Below, one piece after another: positions 47,399 to 59,618 of a DNA stretch of 64,000 nt; within the stretch, counting starts at the first letter, position 1; the number at the start of each line of letters is the position of its first letter. Both the position numbers and the translations under genes were made by a program. Source of the stretch: Eledone cirrhosa (taxonomy: Eukaryota). Location of the stretch: assembly GCA_964016885.1 (NCBI GenBank), contig OZ024746.1:34720001-34784000 (forward strand), read 5' to 3'. The notes beneath the pieces are model-generated. The model saw only the letters and a program-made list of their open reading frames with translations, ran no database searches and had not been told where the DNA came from.

Positions 47399-47582
47399 TG
47401 TTTCTACTTTTGGTACAACGCCAGCAATTACCCAGTACATTACTGGTACTTTATTTTATGGACCCCGTAAGGATGAAAGGCAAAGTTAACCTCGGCGGGA
47501 TTTGAACTAAGATCATAAAGGGACGTAACTACGGTGGAAAGCATGTCCAACCTTTCTACCAATACTGCCAATTCACCGCCCT
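47399..47582 (-). mobile_element. Full-length tRNA-derived SINE with 18-bp TSD
   Basis: Minus A-box tggcagtattgg, B-box gttcaaatcc, Nin/Deu-like core; TSD aacgtcacacttaatact at 47381-47398 and 47583-47600. Confidence 0.92.
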
Positions 47583-47780
47583 AACGTCACACTTAATACT
47601 AAGAGCAACATAGGTATTGTCTTTCTGTTTTTATTGCTATTGTTAGCACATTGTCACTTTGTTTCCAAGAATCTATGTTAAAACAAATATAGGCCATTTC
47701 TCATATTTTTGGTATATTTAATAGTTATTCAACTACATTATCCAATGTGTCTCTGTTTCTCAAGGGTTATATGTATATAT

Positions 47781-48498
47781 ACCATCTTTGTTTGTTTACA
47801 TGTCTCGCTCGATTCCACCTATTTTTCTAGTCTCAATAACTTTATTTAGTTATTGCTCGCACCAACCAGAGGTATATGATTTTTAAAGCGATGAAAAACG
47901 AATGAAGGTTGGAAGATCACTGATGAAGGACTAATTTTATTCATATGTAACCCATGTGCAACCACGCAGTATTCGATTTTTCTTATATTTATATTTTTTG
48001 CTCAGCTGCGACCTGTCTCTTTCTTACTGCTTCCCCTCTCTCTGTATCTCTCACCTTCTTTTTACCCCCTCTGTCAGTCACACTCCCTCTCAGCTGGCCT
48101 CTTCCTCACACTTCCACTCACTCACTCACTCTCTGCTTCTCCCCCTATCTCCCTTCTTCACGTTTGACCTGTGTGAAATACTTTTCTCGCTCACATCTCA
48201 CCCAGGTCGGATCGTCTGTATCCCTCGTCCATGATTTCACCAAGCTTAAGCGTACAGATATCCTGTACTTGTCTCTTCTTATCTTTGCGTTGCAATACCA
48301 TCTTTGTTTGTTTTCATGTCTCGCTCGCTTCACCCTATTTTACTTGCCCCATAACTTTATTTAGTTATTGCTCGCACCAAGTAGAGGTATATGATTTTTA
48401 AAGCGACGAAATACCAATGAAGGTTGGAAGATCACTGATGAAGGACTAATTTTATTCATACGTAACCCATGTGCAACCACGCTGCATTCCATTTTTCT

Positions 48499-48503
<5 letters not shown>
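47781..48503 (+). mobile_element. Retrozyme-like element: ~210-bp direct repeats, 515-nt period, pyrimidine-rich core, ending in (TA)n
   Basis: Repeats ~47781-47990 and ~48297-48503, each with ggtata...gaaa...aagatca CUGAUGA. Confidence 0.8.
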
Positions 48504-48549
<46 letters not shown>

Positions 48550-48725
48550 TCAATAGCGGAGAAAGCTTTTTAGCGATACTCCGGCCAAATTCCAACTCAC
48601 TCAACAAACATTAGGAAATAAGTGATTATATTCCTAATTATGCGTTCGGGGTGCTAACTAAAAGTATTGCGTGGAAAATTGGCTGTATTATGTCATATGA
48701 GACATATCGAATATATCTCTTCCCA

Positions 48726-48844
48726 GACGGACGTCACGTTTCATTATAGGATTCCTACAATTTGGGTTAAATTATACCAATTTATGTAGGAGCTTGTATA
48801 CCATCAATAGATATATATTCAAGTGGGCTCCTATAATTCATCAG
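48726..48844 (-). ncRNA. Hammerhead core with large branched stem II; 5' stem I lost
   Basis: CUGAUGA attatagga...(~75 nt)...tcctataat GAAA cgtgacg UC cgtc. Confidence 0.7.
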
Positions 48845-48971
48845 TATATATATATATAGTGTATTTGGAATACACTGTATGCTTAATTAAAATCATTTTG
48901 AAGACCTAACTCTATTGTTTTAAAGTAGTGACTATGTCACTTATTTCTTTTTTCTACAAACAAAGGGAGAT

Positions 48972-49017
48972 AAGCTAATAGATCTCTGTTTCATACTGTT
49001 GTTATTCCTCAGAGCTT
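48972..49017 (-). ncRNA. Type I hammerhead ribozyme (diverged mirror copy)
   Basis: aagct CUGAGGA ataa caaca gtat GAAA cagagatcta UU agctt. Confidence 0.65.
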
Positions 49018-49349
49018 GTTTGTTGAAAATTATGAATGTTGGATTCTTATAAAATTCCAGTATAATCAGGAACTGATTATACAGAGCGGTTGCCGGTCCA
49101 GCAAAAATTGAAAATTAGAATTGGTGTTCTGAAATAGCGATGTATATATGAATGTATCTATAGTGTAAGTGTATATAAGGTGACAGATGTCTGTATATTA
49201 CCAACTACACTATATATACATTCAATTCATATATACATTTCATATATACATCCTGGACCGGCAACCGCTCTGTATAATCAGTTCCTGTTTATTACTGGAA
49301 TTCTATAAGAATGCAACATTCATAATTTTCAACAAACAAGGGGAGTGCT

Positions 49350-49395
49350 AAACTCTGAGGAATGCCAACAGTATGAAACAGAGATCTGTCAGCTT
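49350..49395 (+). ncRNA. Type I hammerhead ribozyme
   Basis: aaact CUGAGGA atgc-caaca-gtat GAAA cag-agat-ctg UC agctt (GUC triplet). Confidence 0.8.
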
Positions 49396-49554
49396 ATCTC
49401 CCTTTGTTTGTTGAAAAAAGAAGTAAGTAGCATAGTCACTACTTTAAAACAATAGCGTAAGGTCTTCAAAATGCTTTTAATTAAGCATACAGTGTATTAC
49501 CAAATACACTATATATACATTCATATATTCATCGCTATTTCAGAGCACCAATTC

Positions 49555-49602
<48 letters not shown>

Positions 49603-50249
49603 TGTTATTTCTATTTCTAGCAAATTAAGCAAATGTTCAAAGGAGCGCTTTGGGACATGCAACAGCAAGAAAAAACTTACTAATAACGGTGCAACAAGGA
49701 AATCAATCCAGTAAATAACAAAGAAACATCTTATATCTCAGAATATTTGCAATAACCCAAACACTTCTCAACGAATAGAATGTTAATAGCCAATATCTAA
49801 ATGCCTCTGAGTCAGATAATTACAGCTGTTTGTTCAGGGAATATTCACATGAAATATGTGAAAATACGTGATAAGACCTAGCTAAAATGTTACAATTAAA
49901 CATTACAGAATAAAATGAAAGGAAAAAATATTTCAATATGAAAAACAAATAACATTTAAAAAAATCTCATCAGCGATATTCTATAATTTTTATAACCACT
50001 AAAAGGTTGTAAATATATTTGCAAAACCACACAGTCTACACCGAGGATATAGTCGTGAAACACGTTTAAATATCGTAGAGTCCATAGAGTTAATACATAA
50101 ATTAAATTGACACGAAATCATTATTATGCTTTATTCAGTAGCTCTGTTAAAAGTTTTGTTCGTCCCGCCTAAAAGTGATGGCAAGTATTCATATACATAC
50201 ACACAAACATATTTATATATAAATATATATATACATTTATGTATGTAAA

Positions 50250-51350
50250 AGGTAAACAGAAATAACAACACAATCGGTACACTATATGGAAGGTATATAT
50301 TAGGTTAACGTTTGATATAGCAGGAGGAGGGTCTTAACGTTTCGGACGGTAGTCGTTCATCAGAAGAAAGAATGAAAATAAAATTGGAAAAAAATCTCTT
50401 TAGATAAAAATAATAGGTCCATTCATGTTGACTTCTCTTGCAAAACTGTTGGTGCTGGCGTTTTGTGTATGATTTGTTTTTTAGAAAATTGGATGATGGC
50501 GCGCGTATAACAGAAATGGAAAAAAAAAAACGTTTTGTAAAAAGAGCTATACTTGAGCACGTGCGTAAGCATGAGTGTGTGTATGTGTGTACGCATGTGT
50601 GTGTGTGTGTTTGTGTGTGTGTTATTATATGTCAGTACGAAGCTAAGAAGAGATATGTGTGTATATGTAAGTAAAAGAGTGTGTGTATGTATGTACGAAG
50701 TTATGAGCAAGTGAAAGCGATAGGAAACTAGGGGTGTGATAGTGGACGGGTGAGTTGAGTCCAAGAAGGGAATAGGACCCAAGACGGTGAAGCAGATTTG
50801 TTCAGTCCTGGTGCGAGAGGCCTGTGATCTATGTTGTAAAATGACACCCAGGAGTGAAACTTGTAGGGAAGACTGACCAGGAGAACAGAAATGACGAGCG
50901 ACAGGAGTATCCAAACCGAGTCGGATGTCCCTCAAATATTCGGCAAACCGGTCCGCCATACGGCGTCCCGTTTGTCCGATACATAAAGACACGCTAAGGG
51001 AACACCGGTGGGCATAGAGAACGTGGGTGGATGTGCAGGTGAAGGAATGGCGGATACGGAAAGACCCGTTAGGGCCTGTAAGAGTGGTGAGGGTGGAAAT
51101 AAAGGGACAAGTGTTGCAGCGGGAACGGGAACAAGGATGAGAGCCGGGTGGAGTCGTGGAGAGGCCGAAAAAGAACTGCGAACCAAGAGGTCGCGGAGGA
51201 TTCTGGGGCGCTTAAAAGCAGTAATGGGTGGGTTTGGAAAAAAGCGAGAAGTGACGGGGTCAGAAGAGAGGAACAGAGGATATGTCGCCAGAGTGATAGG
51301 GTGCTGTGGTGGTACGTGAGAGGGAAAGAAACACGGGTATTTGGAGGACG
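50250..51350 (-). mobile_element. Neptune-like PLE 3' fragment (linker + GIY-YIG + HHR terminus)
   Basis: [31 protein letters not shown] in a shifted frame, IGQTGRRMADRFAEYLRDI..PVARHF. Confidence 0.85.
50332..50367 (-). ncRNA. Minimal PLE-type hammerhead ribozyme
   Basis: tct CUGAUGA ac gac-tacc-gtc c GAAA cgt UA aga. Confidence 0.72.
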
Positions 51351-51700
51351 ATATATAAATATATTTATATATATATACTATGTATACATATGGATGCATA
51401 TATATATAAATACATACTTATATATATATATATATATATACATACAAATATATTTATATATATATATATGTATATATACATGTATATATATATATATGTA
51501 TACATATACATGTATATATATTAAGCATACAGTGTATTACCAAATACACTATATATGTATATATATACTGATGAATTATAGGTGCCCACTTGAATATATA
51601 TCTATTGATGGTATACAAGCTCCTACATAAATTAGTATATATATATATATGTATATATACATGTATATATATATATGTATACATATATATGTATATATAT

Positions 51701-51744
<44 letters not shown>

Positions 51745-51756
51745 ATATATATATTT

Positions 51757-52340
51757 GTGTCAGGTCACCAGTTGATGCTACTGGTAACATGTATCCCAGT
51801 ACAACCTGTCCCATGGTCGGGTCGTTGGCGACTAAACTGGCAACCCCACCAAGGTTTCTTGGTGAGGAGGGTGACTTTGGACATCCTGCAGGACTAAAAA
51901 CAAAATCTGTCAAAGGCCAAAGGAGCTCTTAAGAGTCAATGGCCATCCAAAATCACGGGAGAGATGACCCCTTAGCCTTTGTCAAGGCAGAATTCTAGGA
52001 GAAGGAAAACTCTGATATAACACCTGCAACCCTGATGGTATCCAATGATGTTGACTTGTTCTTCTTTTTGGTAAATATCATCTTTGTGCAGTGCCTTTGC
52101 TCACTATAAAAGCTTCACGGCACAGGCATTGCTTTATATCTGGAGATCTCTCTGCACTTGTCGTCACATGGTACCATGGGCCCAGCACTATGTGTCAATA
52201 ATTGTCACAAGTGTAGTGTTTATACCAGAGTTGTCAAGTCGCTGGCTGGACTAAAAAGTCACACTCGTTCAGCGCATCAGTAGGCGTTCTCCTACATGGA
52301 TATAAAGTAGTGGCCGTACTCGAAAACGAGTTGGCAGCCA
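51757..52340 (+). mobile_element. Probable RTE 5'-UTR relic
   Basis: ctaggagaaggaaaactctgat and ggcgactaaactgg motifs recalled as typical of RTE 5' UTRs; TA-flanked. Confidence 0.45.
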
Positions 52341-52422
<82 letters not shown>

Positions 52423-52451
52423 ATATATATATATATATATGTATATATGTG

Positions 52452-54597
52452 GAAAAGTAAGAAATCGGAGAACGGACAGTTAAAACATGTTTATTTAAAA
52501 CAGCACCTACGTACGTTTCGCCCATTTGGGCTTGTCAAGGGCATAAATAACCAAAAGTGTTCCTTACATTGCTCGGAAAGTGTTTTGGGGTTAAGTTCAC
52601 GTCATAATTCATTCTTCGCAAAAAAAGCGTGTTTTGATTTTGCAGTAGGTCAGGGGAGGGAACACTGCATCTCACATAGAATATCGAGGCTCTCCGCCAA
52701 TGAGGATATATTCAACCAAGGGGCAGATTACTACAATAGCTCCTTGATAAGCGCCGGCTGTAACCGAGGAATTTCCTACATCCCTAACGCTAGGTCTAGA
52801 AACTACCCCCCTCATAAAACGAACGTTATAGTAAGCCATACCTATAACCGAACACGCGGCGACTTCGTAGGAGTCGGATATAATAGTGTAGATAATCGCA
52901 CTAAGGAACACGGCCGCTATGTTAATTACACTGGCGATGGAATAGGTAACTTACCACATAATAATATCACGACCCGGCTGACAGTGACCACTGTAGCCTA
53001 CTCGAATTATTCCCCTACTATAATCATCAAAGGCGACGGCCTACTACCAACGCCTTCCAGCCAACATCTTCCTGTACATAAACATGAAAGAAGGAAGAAG
53101 ATTGCACCCGAGGATAAAGTGAAAGGGGCACGTAACGGGCTACAGCGCATTAACATATATAAGAATGGTCACCTTGATGGAACCACCCGTAGCAAACGTA
53201 TAAGGACACGTAATCGCCACCGTAACGTCCTATGGTTCCAGCCCCCTACTCTCGGAGTGTGGCCTCCAACATACCCCGGATATTCTTCGAAGACTTAGAG
53301 AAGAAATCCCCGGCCAACCATAGGTATAGAAACATTCTTAATAGGAACAATATAAACATATCCTTCTCTACAGACATCATAGGAACAACGAACCACAGTA
53401 AGATCACCAAGACACCGCACCTTAGCACAGACGCACCTACAACTCATAATAACTATATCGCCCTTAACAACTCCCTAGCAGCATCCAATTGCGCTGGCAA
53501 CGGCCTCTACAGACACAACCAGCATAACCGCGACATGACTGTAAACATGCAGGACATGATGTGCGGAATAATAATCGTACCACCCAGCGCACTGTGGGTT
53601 GTAATGGTGCTAACTATAGGTGCGGGAGCGTAGATAACTACGTAGATAGCAACAATGATAGCCTTACCGTGGGAAAGGGAAGGAACCGCGACATGAATTG
53701 CAACTGCCGCGACAGGGGACGCTGCCCCCTTAGAGGATACTGCTTGACTGATAGGGTTATATATAGATGCTCTGTACCTAGCCACAAGAGCGTTAAACAT
53801 TACATAGAGGCTACCACCGGCCCGTTCAAAATAAACTTTCGAAAACATCTCGACTCTTTCACAAATAAGAAATTAAGACACTCCATTTCGCTCGCGGACT
53901 ACATCACATCGTTCGCGGACTACATCACATCAGCTTCCCCATGCACTGGGATATTGTCGGAAGAGCCGCATCGTACAACTTCAAGAGGAAGTACGATCTT
54001 TGCTTCAGGGAGCTCTACCACATCAGAACTGCACCCCACGAGCTCATCAACAGAAGAGCTGAAACGACGATATGTTGTACGCATCGCTTGAAAATATCCT
54101 TCTTCAGATGGGTTAAGGATGGGGAGTGAAACCGTGTACCGGGTCTCCCTGCAGCAAGCTTTAATACCCCAGCGAGCAGACGCTGCAAAAAACACCCAGG
54201 AAACTAACCATGCATCGCAGACCCAGCCTCAAACGACCCAGGTGAGCAGGTGCGGCTCGCAAACGTCTCAAAATAAGCGTTGATTACCTGACCCTGTGCG
54301 TATCGACAATGTTAAGGCTGTAACCACATCTTGTAACGGATAAAAAATGTGTCCGGAAAATACTGCCCTAACACCGGCCAGAGTTACCTCACCTGACCTA
54401 TGGCAAAATCAAAACACGCTTTTTTTGCGAATAATGAATTATGATGTGAACTTATCCCCCAAAACACTTTCCGAGCAATGTAAGGAACACTTTTGGTTAT
54501 TTATGCCATTGACAAGCCCAACTGGGCGAAACCTACGTAGGTGGTGTTTTAAATAAACATGTTTTAACGGTCTGTTCTCCGATTTCTTACTTTCTCG
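52452..54597 (+). mobile_element. 5'-truncated Naiad-like PLE with inverted 5' pLTR
   Basis: ~210-bp inverted repeats 52452-52659/54386-54597; body reads ISHRISRLSANEDIF, RNVLWFQPP, CNCRDRGRCPLRGYC, VIYRC..HYIEATTGPFK, LCFRE..LINRRAE. Confidence 0.92.
52504..52543 (-). ncRNA. Hammerhead variant with UUGACAA core
   Basis: gccc UUGACAA gccca-aa-tgggc GAAA cgtacg UA ggtg; mirror copy at 54504-54543 (+). Confidence 0.65.
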
Positions 54598-54630
54598 ATG
54601 CGTAAAAATTTTATATATATATATATATAT

Positions 54631-55212
54631 GTCCAAAGAATCATTAGATAGAAAATATACAGTATTTCCCCTCTCCCAATCAGTATGAATTAACAACATA
54701 ATAAATCATTTAAACGAGGCTATAACTTTAAAATGTAATTATGAAGAAATAATAGACAAATGATACAGATTATTTTCCGCGATGTACAGCTATATGACAC
54801 TTATCTAATTATTTCTTCTACCTTGTATGAATTGACTAGACAAATAGTTAACTACACGGAATTAGGTACAAAATAGAAGTTTGAAGAAAAAATATGCACA
54901 TACATTTTACCAGAATATTCTCTACCACCGGTGGTTTCGTTCCACTTTTTGGATATACCCGGTCTTGGATAAATCCACGAGGTTGGGAACTCATCAGGAG
55001 ATACCTCAGACTGGACTAAGTTTCTTGTCACCATGATCCCCGCCAGAAGTGAATTCAAAATGGCTAAGAACCTTCACCTGGCCAGTGGTCAAGGCAGAAA
55101 GTGTGTGATTGTTGCCTGTCGGCGAGTAGGCTGGTTGCAAGAAAGCGCAGCTGTATTTATACTGATTGGGAGAGGAGATACTGTATATATTTTATCTAAT
55201 GATTCTTTGGAC
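54631..55212 (-). mobile_element. Non-autonomous HHR element with ~60-bp terminal inverted repeat
   Basis: 54631-54690 is the reverse complement of 55155-55212; single internal HHR. Confidence 0.8.
54919..55001 (-). ncRNA. Type I hammerhead ribozyme, palindromic stem III, extended stem II
   Basis: tctc CUGAUGA gttcc...ggaac GAAA ccaccggtgg UA gaga. Confidence 0.88.
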
Positions 55213-55337
55213 TTACATTTTTATATATATCCCTGATTACTAATTATTTAATTAATTCTTCATTGAGACACACCGTGGTTGTCAAATTCATATTTTTATC
55301 TGTGACTATGTCTAATTATATATATATAAACTTTAAA

Positions 55338-55389
<52 letters not shown>

Positions 55390-55404
55390 TTATATGTATA
55401 TAGT

Positions 55405-55467
<63 letters not shown>

Positions 55468-55482
55468 TTATATGTATATAGT

Positions 55483-55581
<99 letters not shown>

Positions 55582-55802
55582 GTGTGTGTGTGTATTACGA
55601 GATGAGGATCCGCTAAGGTGAAACAATTTTTCTCGGTATGGTGAACTAACTATTGTGTAACCACTTCTATATATATATATATTCATTAGTTAAACAAAAC
55701 AAGACCACACACTTAACAAGGAAGACATTATTAAAAGTGTGTCAACATATTTTAGTTTGATGTAAGGAATGTAGAGAATAATAATAATAATATTAATAAT
55801 AA

Positions 55803-55971
55803 TTGTTTCTACTTTAGGCACAAGGCCAGCAATAACCCAGTGCATTACTGGTATCTTATTTTATCGACCCCGTAAGGATGAAAGGCAAAGTCAACCTCGG
55901 CGGGATTTGAACTCAGATCGTAAAGGGACGTAACTATGCTGGAAAGCATGGCGTCCGACCCTCTACCAATG
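55803..55971 (-). mobile_element. tRNA-derived SINE (same family) with (AAT)n tail
   Basis: Same core as 47399; abuts the 3' HHR of the following PLE. Confidence 0.88.
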
Positions 55972-55974
55972 TCC

Positions 55975-56093
55975 GTTTACAATTGTTTCGCTACTCCATA
56001 TAATATTTCTGGATCAGATGATTATATATCATAATTGATCTGGTTCAGTTGAAAATAATTAACATATTTAAAAACAGAGTGGCTCATCGGAAC
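55975..56093 (-). ncRNA. HHR at the 3' end of the Naiad-like PLE (U4C mutated, long stem II insert)
   Basis: gtt CCGAUGA gccactc...(~80 nt)...gagtagc GAAA caattg UA aac. Confidence 0.65.
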
Positions 56094-59000
56094 TTCAAAG
56101 GAATATAAATTAAAATAATGGGATAATGTTCCATATATTGGTTTTTACTATGGTTTTTACAACTGGTTGCATAAGTTGTCAGTCATAATCAAGCAGTATT
56201 CATCTGTCGAGGCTCCATTGTGTGAGATCTGCCGATGGTTAACAAGATGCTGCCAAAGGGCATATTTACCTTAGTAATTAGAGGGTGGTTTCAGGGGAAG
56301 TAACTTCTCGATAGATTAGAAATTGTGAGTGTTTATAGTTAAGTGCTAATTTTTAAATTGTTTTAATTGAGAGACAATGTAGGAGAGGTAATTTATAATT
56401 ATCGAGTTGTTCATAGCAATTTAACTTATTAGCTACAAGTAAAAATGGGGCTACATGACTAAGTTGGGTCAAAAATTCTATTGGCGAAGGAATTAGCCCT
56501 TCGATGTTGACAGCTAATGGTTACCTCCGTTCTATCGTTAATCAGTTGAGGTCGTGATATGTTTCCGTAACACAGAGATCACAAGATTTTCTTCGTCAAT
56601 TGAACGGTTGGGCCCTAGCCACGAAATCCCAATTTAGTGAGTGTTGAACGTTGTTTAATTTAAGGTTTTTAATGAATCTAGCTAGCGATGTCGAAGATCC
56701 GTTGCTAGGGTCTCGGAAGGAAAAAGAGTGCGCGTTATAGCGTACCTTAAAAGGGTTAGAGGTAGACCCGATATAAGAGCTGGTATTCGAAGCAGTCTCA
56801 ACCGTGCACCTATAGTCTATGTTGGGTATCAGGCAGTGTCCATTTAACAGGCATGCATTGGGGTAACGGCAGTTGCAGTTGCTTCTGCGGTTAGTGAGAG
56901 TAGGGTTGTTTAATCTAAGCGGTAGGTCCGTGCTAGAAGGATTAGATGGGGGAGGTGTGCTACTAGAGTAATTATTGGTGTAGTGGCGTGGTGTATTTGA
57001 TATGGGTGGTGGTATCGCGGTGTGGGAGTTATACTGTCTTAGCTTATGATGGTTACTGAACGCGATGTGGCTAGTTATGTTAAGTGTTGTGGAGAATGAG
57101 ATTTCAATGTTATTTTTATTAAAGAGTGTGTAATATCTATGGTTGGGGGGATGTTTGGATAGGATAGAGAAAAAGCGTTTGGGGATATTAGTGGCTAGAT
57201 TAGATGAGAATGGGGGGTCGAGCCATGTGATATTTCTATGTCTATTCCTTCTAGGGGTTCTAGTGGAGTTGACAGGGGCCTTCCTAGGGGTATTATTACC
57301 TGGGGATTTGTTATTTGTCATCCCGTTTCTCATTCCTATTCTAGGGTTGATTTTTAGTTTGCTACTTGGAGTGGGGAGCAGGCCGTTGCCACCATTAATG
57401 TTCCCTGTATAGGTGCTGTTACTGCTAAAATTCCGGCTAATCTAGCTATATGCTAAGGTATTTCTAGTTCTAGTGTTAAGTATATTATGGTGAGTTGCTG
57501 TGTTATGGCATTTAGGTATGTAATAAATTAATTGTTTATAACCAGATTCAGAGAGAGAGCCTTATTATAATATTGTGCGTGGTTTCTAAATATCTCCTCA
57601 TTTGCTGATAGCATTGAGATCCTATAGGAGATAGATTTGATTACTGCTCTGATGACTGCCGGTGGGTGGTTAGAGTGTGGGCTAATATATGTGAGTATTT
57701 CTCCTGGTTTATGGTAAGGGTTATAAAGGTTATTGTTGAGATCAAGGGTGACGTCTAGGAAGTTTACTACTTTATAGTTCAGCTCGATGGTGATAGAGTG
57801 ACGGTTATTTTTTAAGAGTATATGTAATTGTTTCTTTAGCAAATCGATTCCCCGATTAGTGCAATTGTGGACCGCAAATAGGGCATCGTCCCTGTATATT
57901 CCGCCTTGCATGGGTTGGATTTCGGCTCTGATGTTACGTAATAGGTAAATCCCAACTAAATCGGTGATTTGCGCGGAGTCACTTGAGCCCATCGTAATGT
58001 CAAAGTTTTCTGTTCTATCTTTTCTAGTCCAGAGTGCTCCGTTGAATTCAATGATAGTCTGCCAAGCCATAAGTATGATGTTATTCTCATTATTGGTTAT
58101 GTCCGAGTTGGTGGTGGCTAGGGCTAGTGCTTTCTTGAGCAGTTCCGGGGTTATTGACGCGTAATAGCTGTCTATGTCTAATTGGATGAACCTCATAGAT
58201 TGCTTGGACCTTAGATCGGAGAACCATCTGATGACTTGGCCGGTGTTGGACCAAAACTTGTAGGTGGTATCATCCCGTAGCCCAGGGATTATCCTATCAA
58301 GGATATCTTACTGATGCAGCCCAGGTCAGATGTGGTTGGGCTTATGAGTCTAATGGATGGGTTCTGTATAAAGTTTGGCTTGTGATCCTTGGAGAGAGAA
58401 ATTTGGGGTTGTTGGTACATAAGTGTGGGTAAATCTATCCAGATACAAGTCCTTAACCAAAGCCTGGGCTTTTCGGTTAAGTACGTTTACACTGGAGGGC
58501 GTAGTTTTTTTAATAGTTTTTATTGAGTTCATTAAGAAGGAAAGAGTTTTAAGTTTCAGGAGTCATGGTGTATAGATTTTTGGTATCGTCAGACATAACA
58601 TGTAAGAGGTTGCTATATTTAAATTGTTTATAGTTGTTGCTAATGTAGCGAGGAAGTTATTCCTGTGTTTATAATGCTTTTTGAACTTAATGATCCTGAC
58701 AAAGTTGAATAAATCTATCTCAAAAGGATCCAGCAGGATGTTGTGTGGGGGGTTTTTGCGTGTGGCAAATGCATATCTATTTGCTGTACTTCCGCCGTCA
58801 GCAGCAACCGCAAGGTCAAAGTGGTACGCTTTCCATCTTCTTCTTCGGATAAAGGAGATGACACTCTGTATTAGGAGTTTGAGGTATGTCTTTCTGTCCG
58901 GGATAGGTATGGACTTAAGTGGGATTCTGAGTTCCTGTTTGCTCAACATGGTGACTTCTAACAGTAAATAGCTCAACTACGGGAGCTCAAGTATACACAG

Positions 59001-59100
59001 TTCAAGCGTAACCAATCTTAAATAGAGAGATGGAGATAGTAGAGGAGATATGAGAGGAGAGATTGGTGAGTTAGTTAGAAGCCAAAGCGTAAGGTTATGT
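55975..59100 (-). mobile_element. Near-full-length decayed Naiad-like PLE
   Basis: N-terminal KSIPIP..Y...FIRRRRWKA; RT LDIDSYYASI, MGSSDSAQITDLVG, GIYRDD, NFLDVTLDL; RNITWLDPPFS; CNCRYPNACLLNGHC; YIGST..FKVRYNAH. Confidence 0.92.
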
Positions 59101-59151
59101 GCTCAATGTGCAATATGAAGTAGAAAGCAGCTACATATATATATATATATG

Positions 59152-59216
<65 letters not shown>

Positions 59217-59221
59217 CAGAC

Positions 59222-59263
<42 letters not shown>

Positions 59264-59268
59264 CAGGC

Positions 59269-59313
<45 letters not shown>

Positions 59314-59408
59314 AATATATATATATATATATATAAATATATGCACACACATCATAGATATATAGATACATACACACACACAGACATATATATATATATG
59401 TACACACA

Positions 59409-59502
<94 letters not shown>

Positions 59503-59586
59503 TACACAGACATATATATATATATTTTAATGTCTTTCCACCACTCCCCCCACACACCCTCAGAACTCTCTTCCTGTCCACCTTTC

Positions 59587-59618
59587 TCCTGATGAAGGCC
59601 TTATCCCCGAATCGTCGA
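59587..59618 (+). ncRNA. Degenerate PLE-type hammerhead in a solo pLTR between (TA)n tracts
   Basis: tc CUGAUGA aggccttatcccc GAAU cg UC ga. Confidence 0.5.

Larger units (their letters stand above)
48853..49561. mobile_element. Fold-back element, ~250-bp arms with HHRs plus a nested second inversion
   Basis: 48853-49101 pairs with 49253-49515; 49110-49168 pairs with 49505-49561. Confidence 0.88.

Noticed and set aside
47399-47582. tRNA gene
   Set aside because: A/B boxes belong to a multi-copy SINE with TSDs; no cloverleaf
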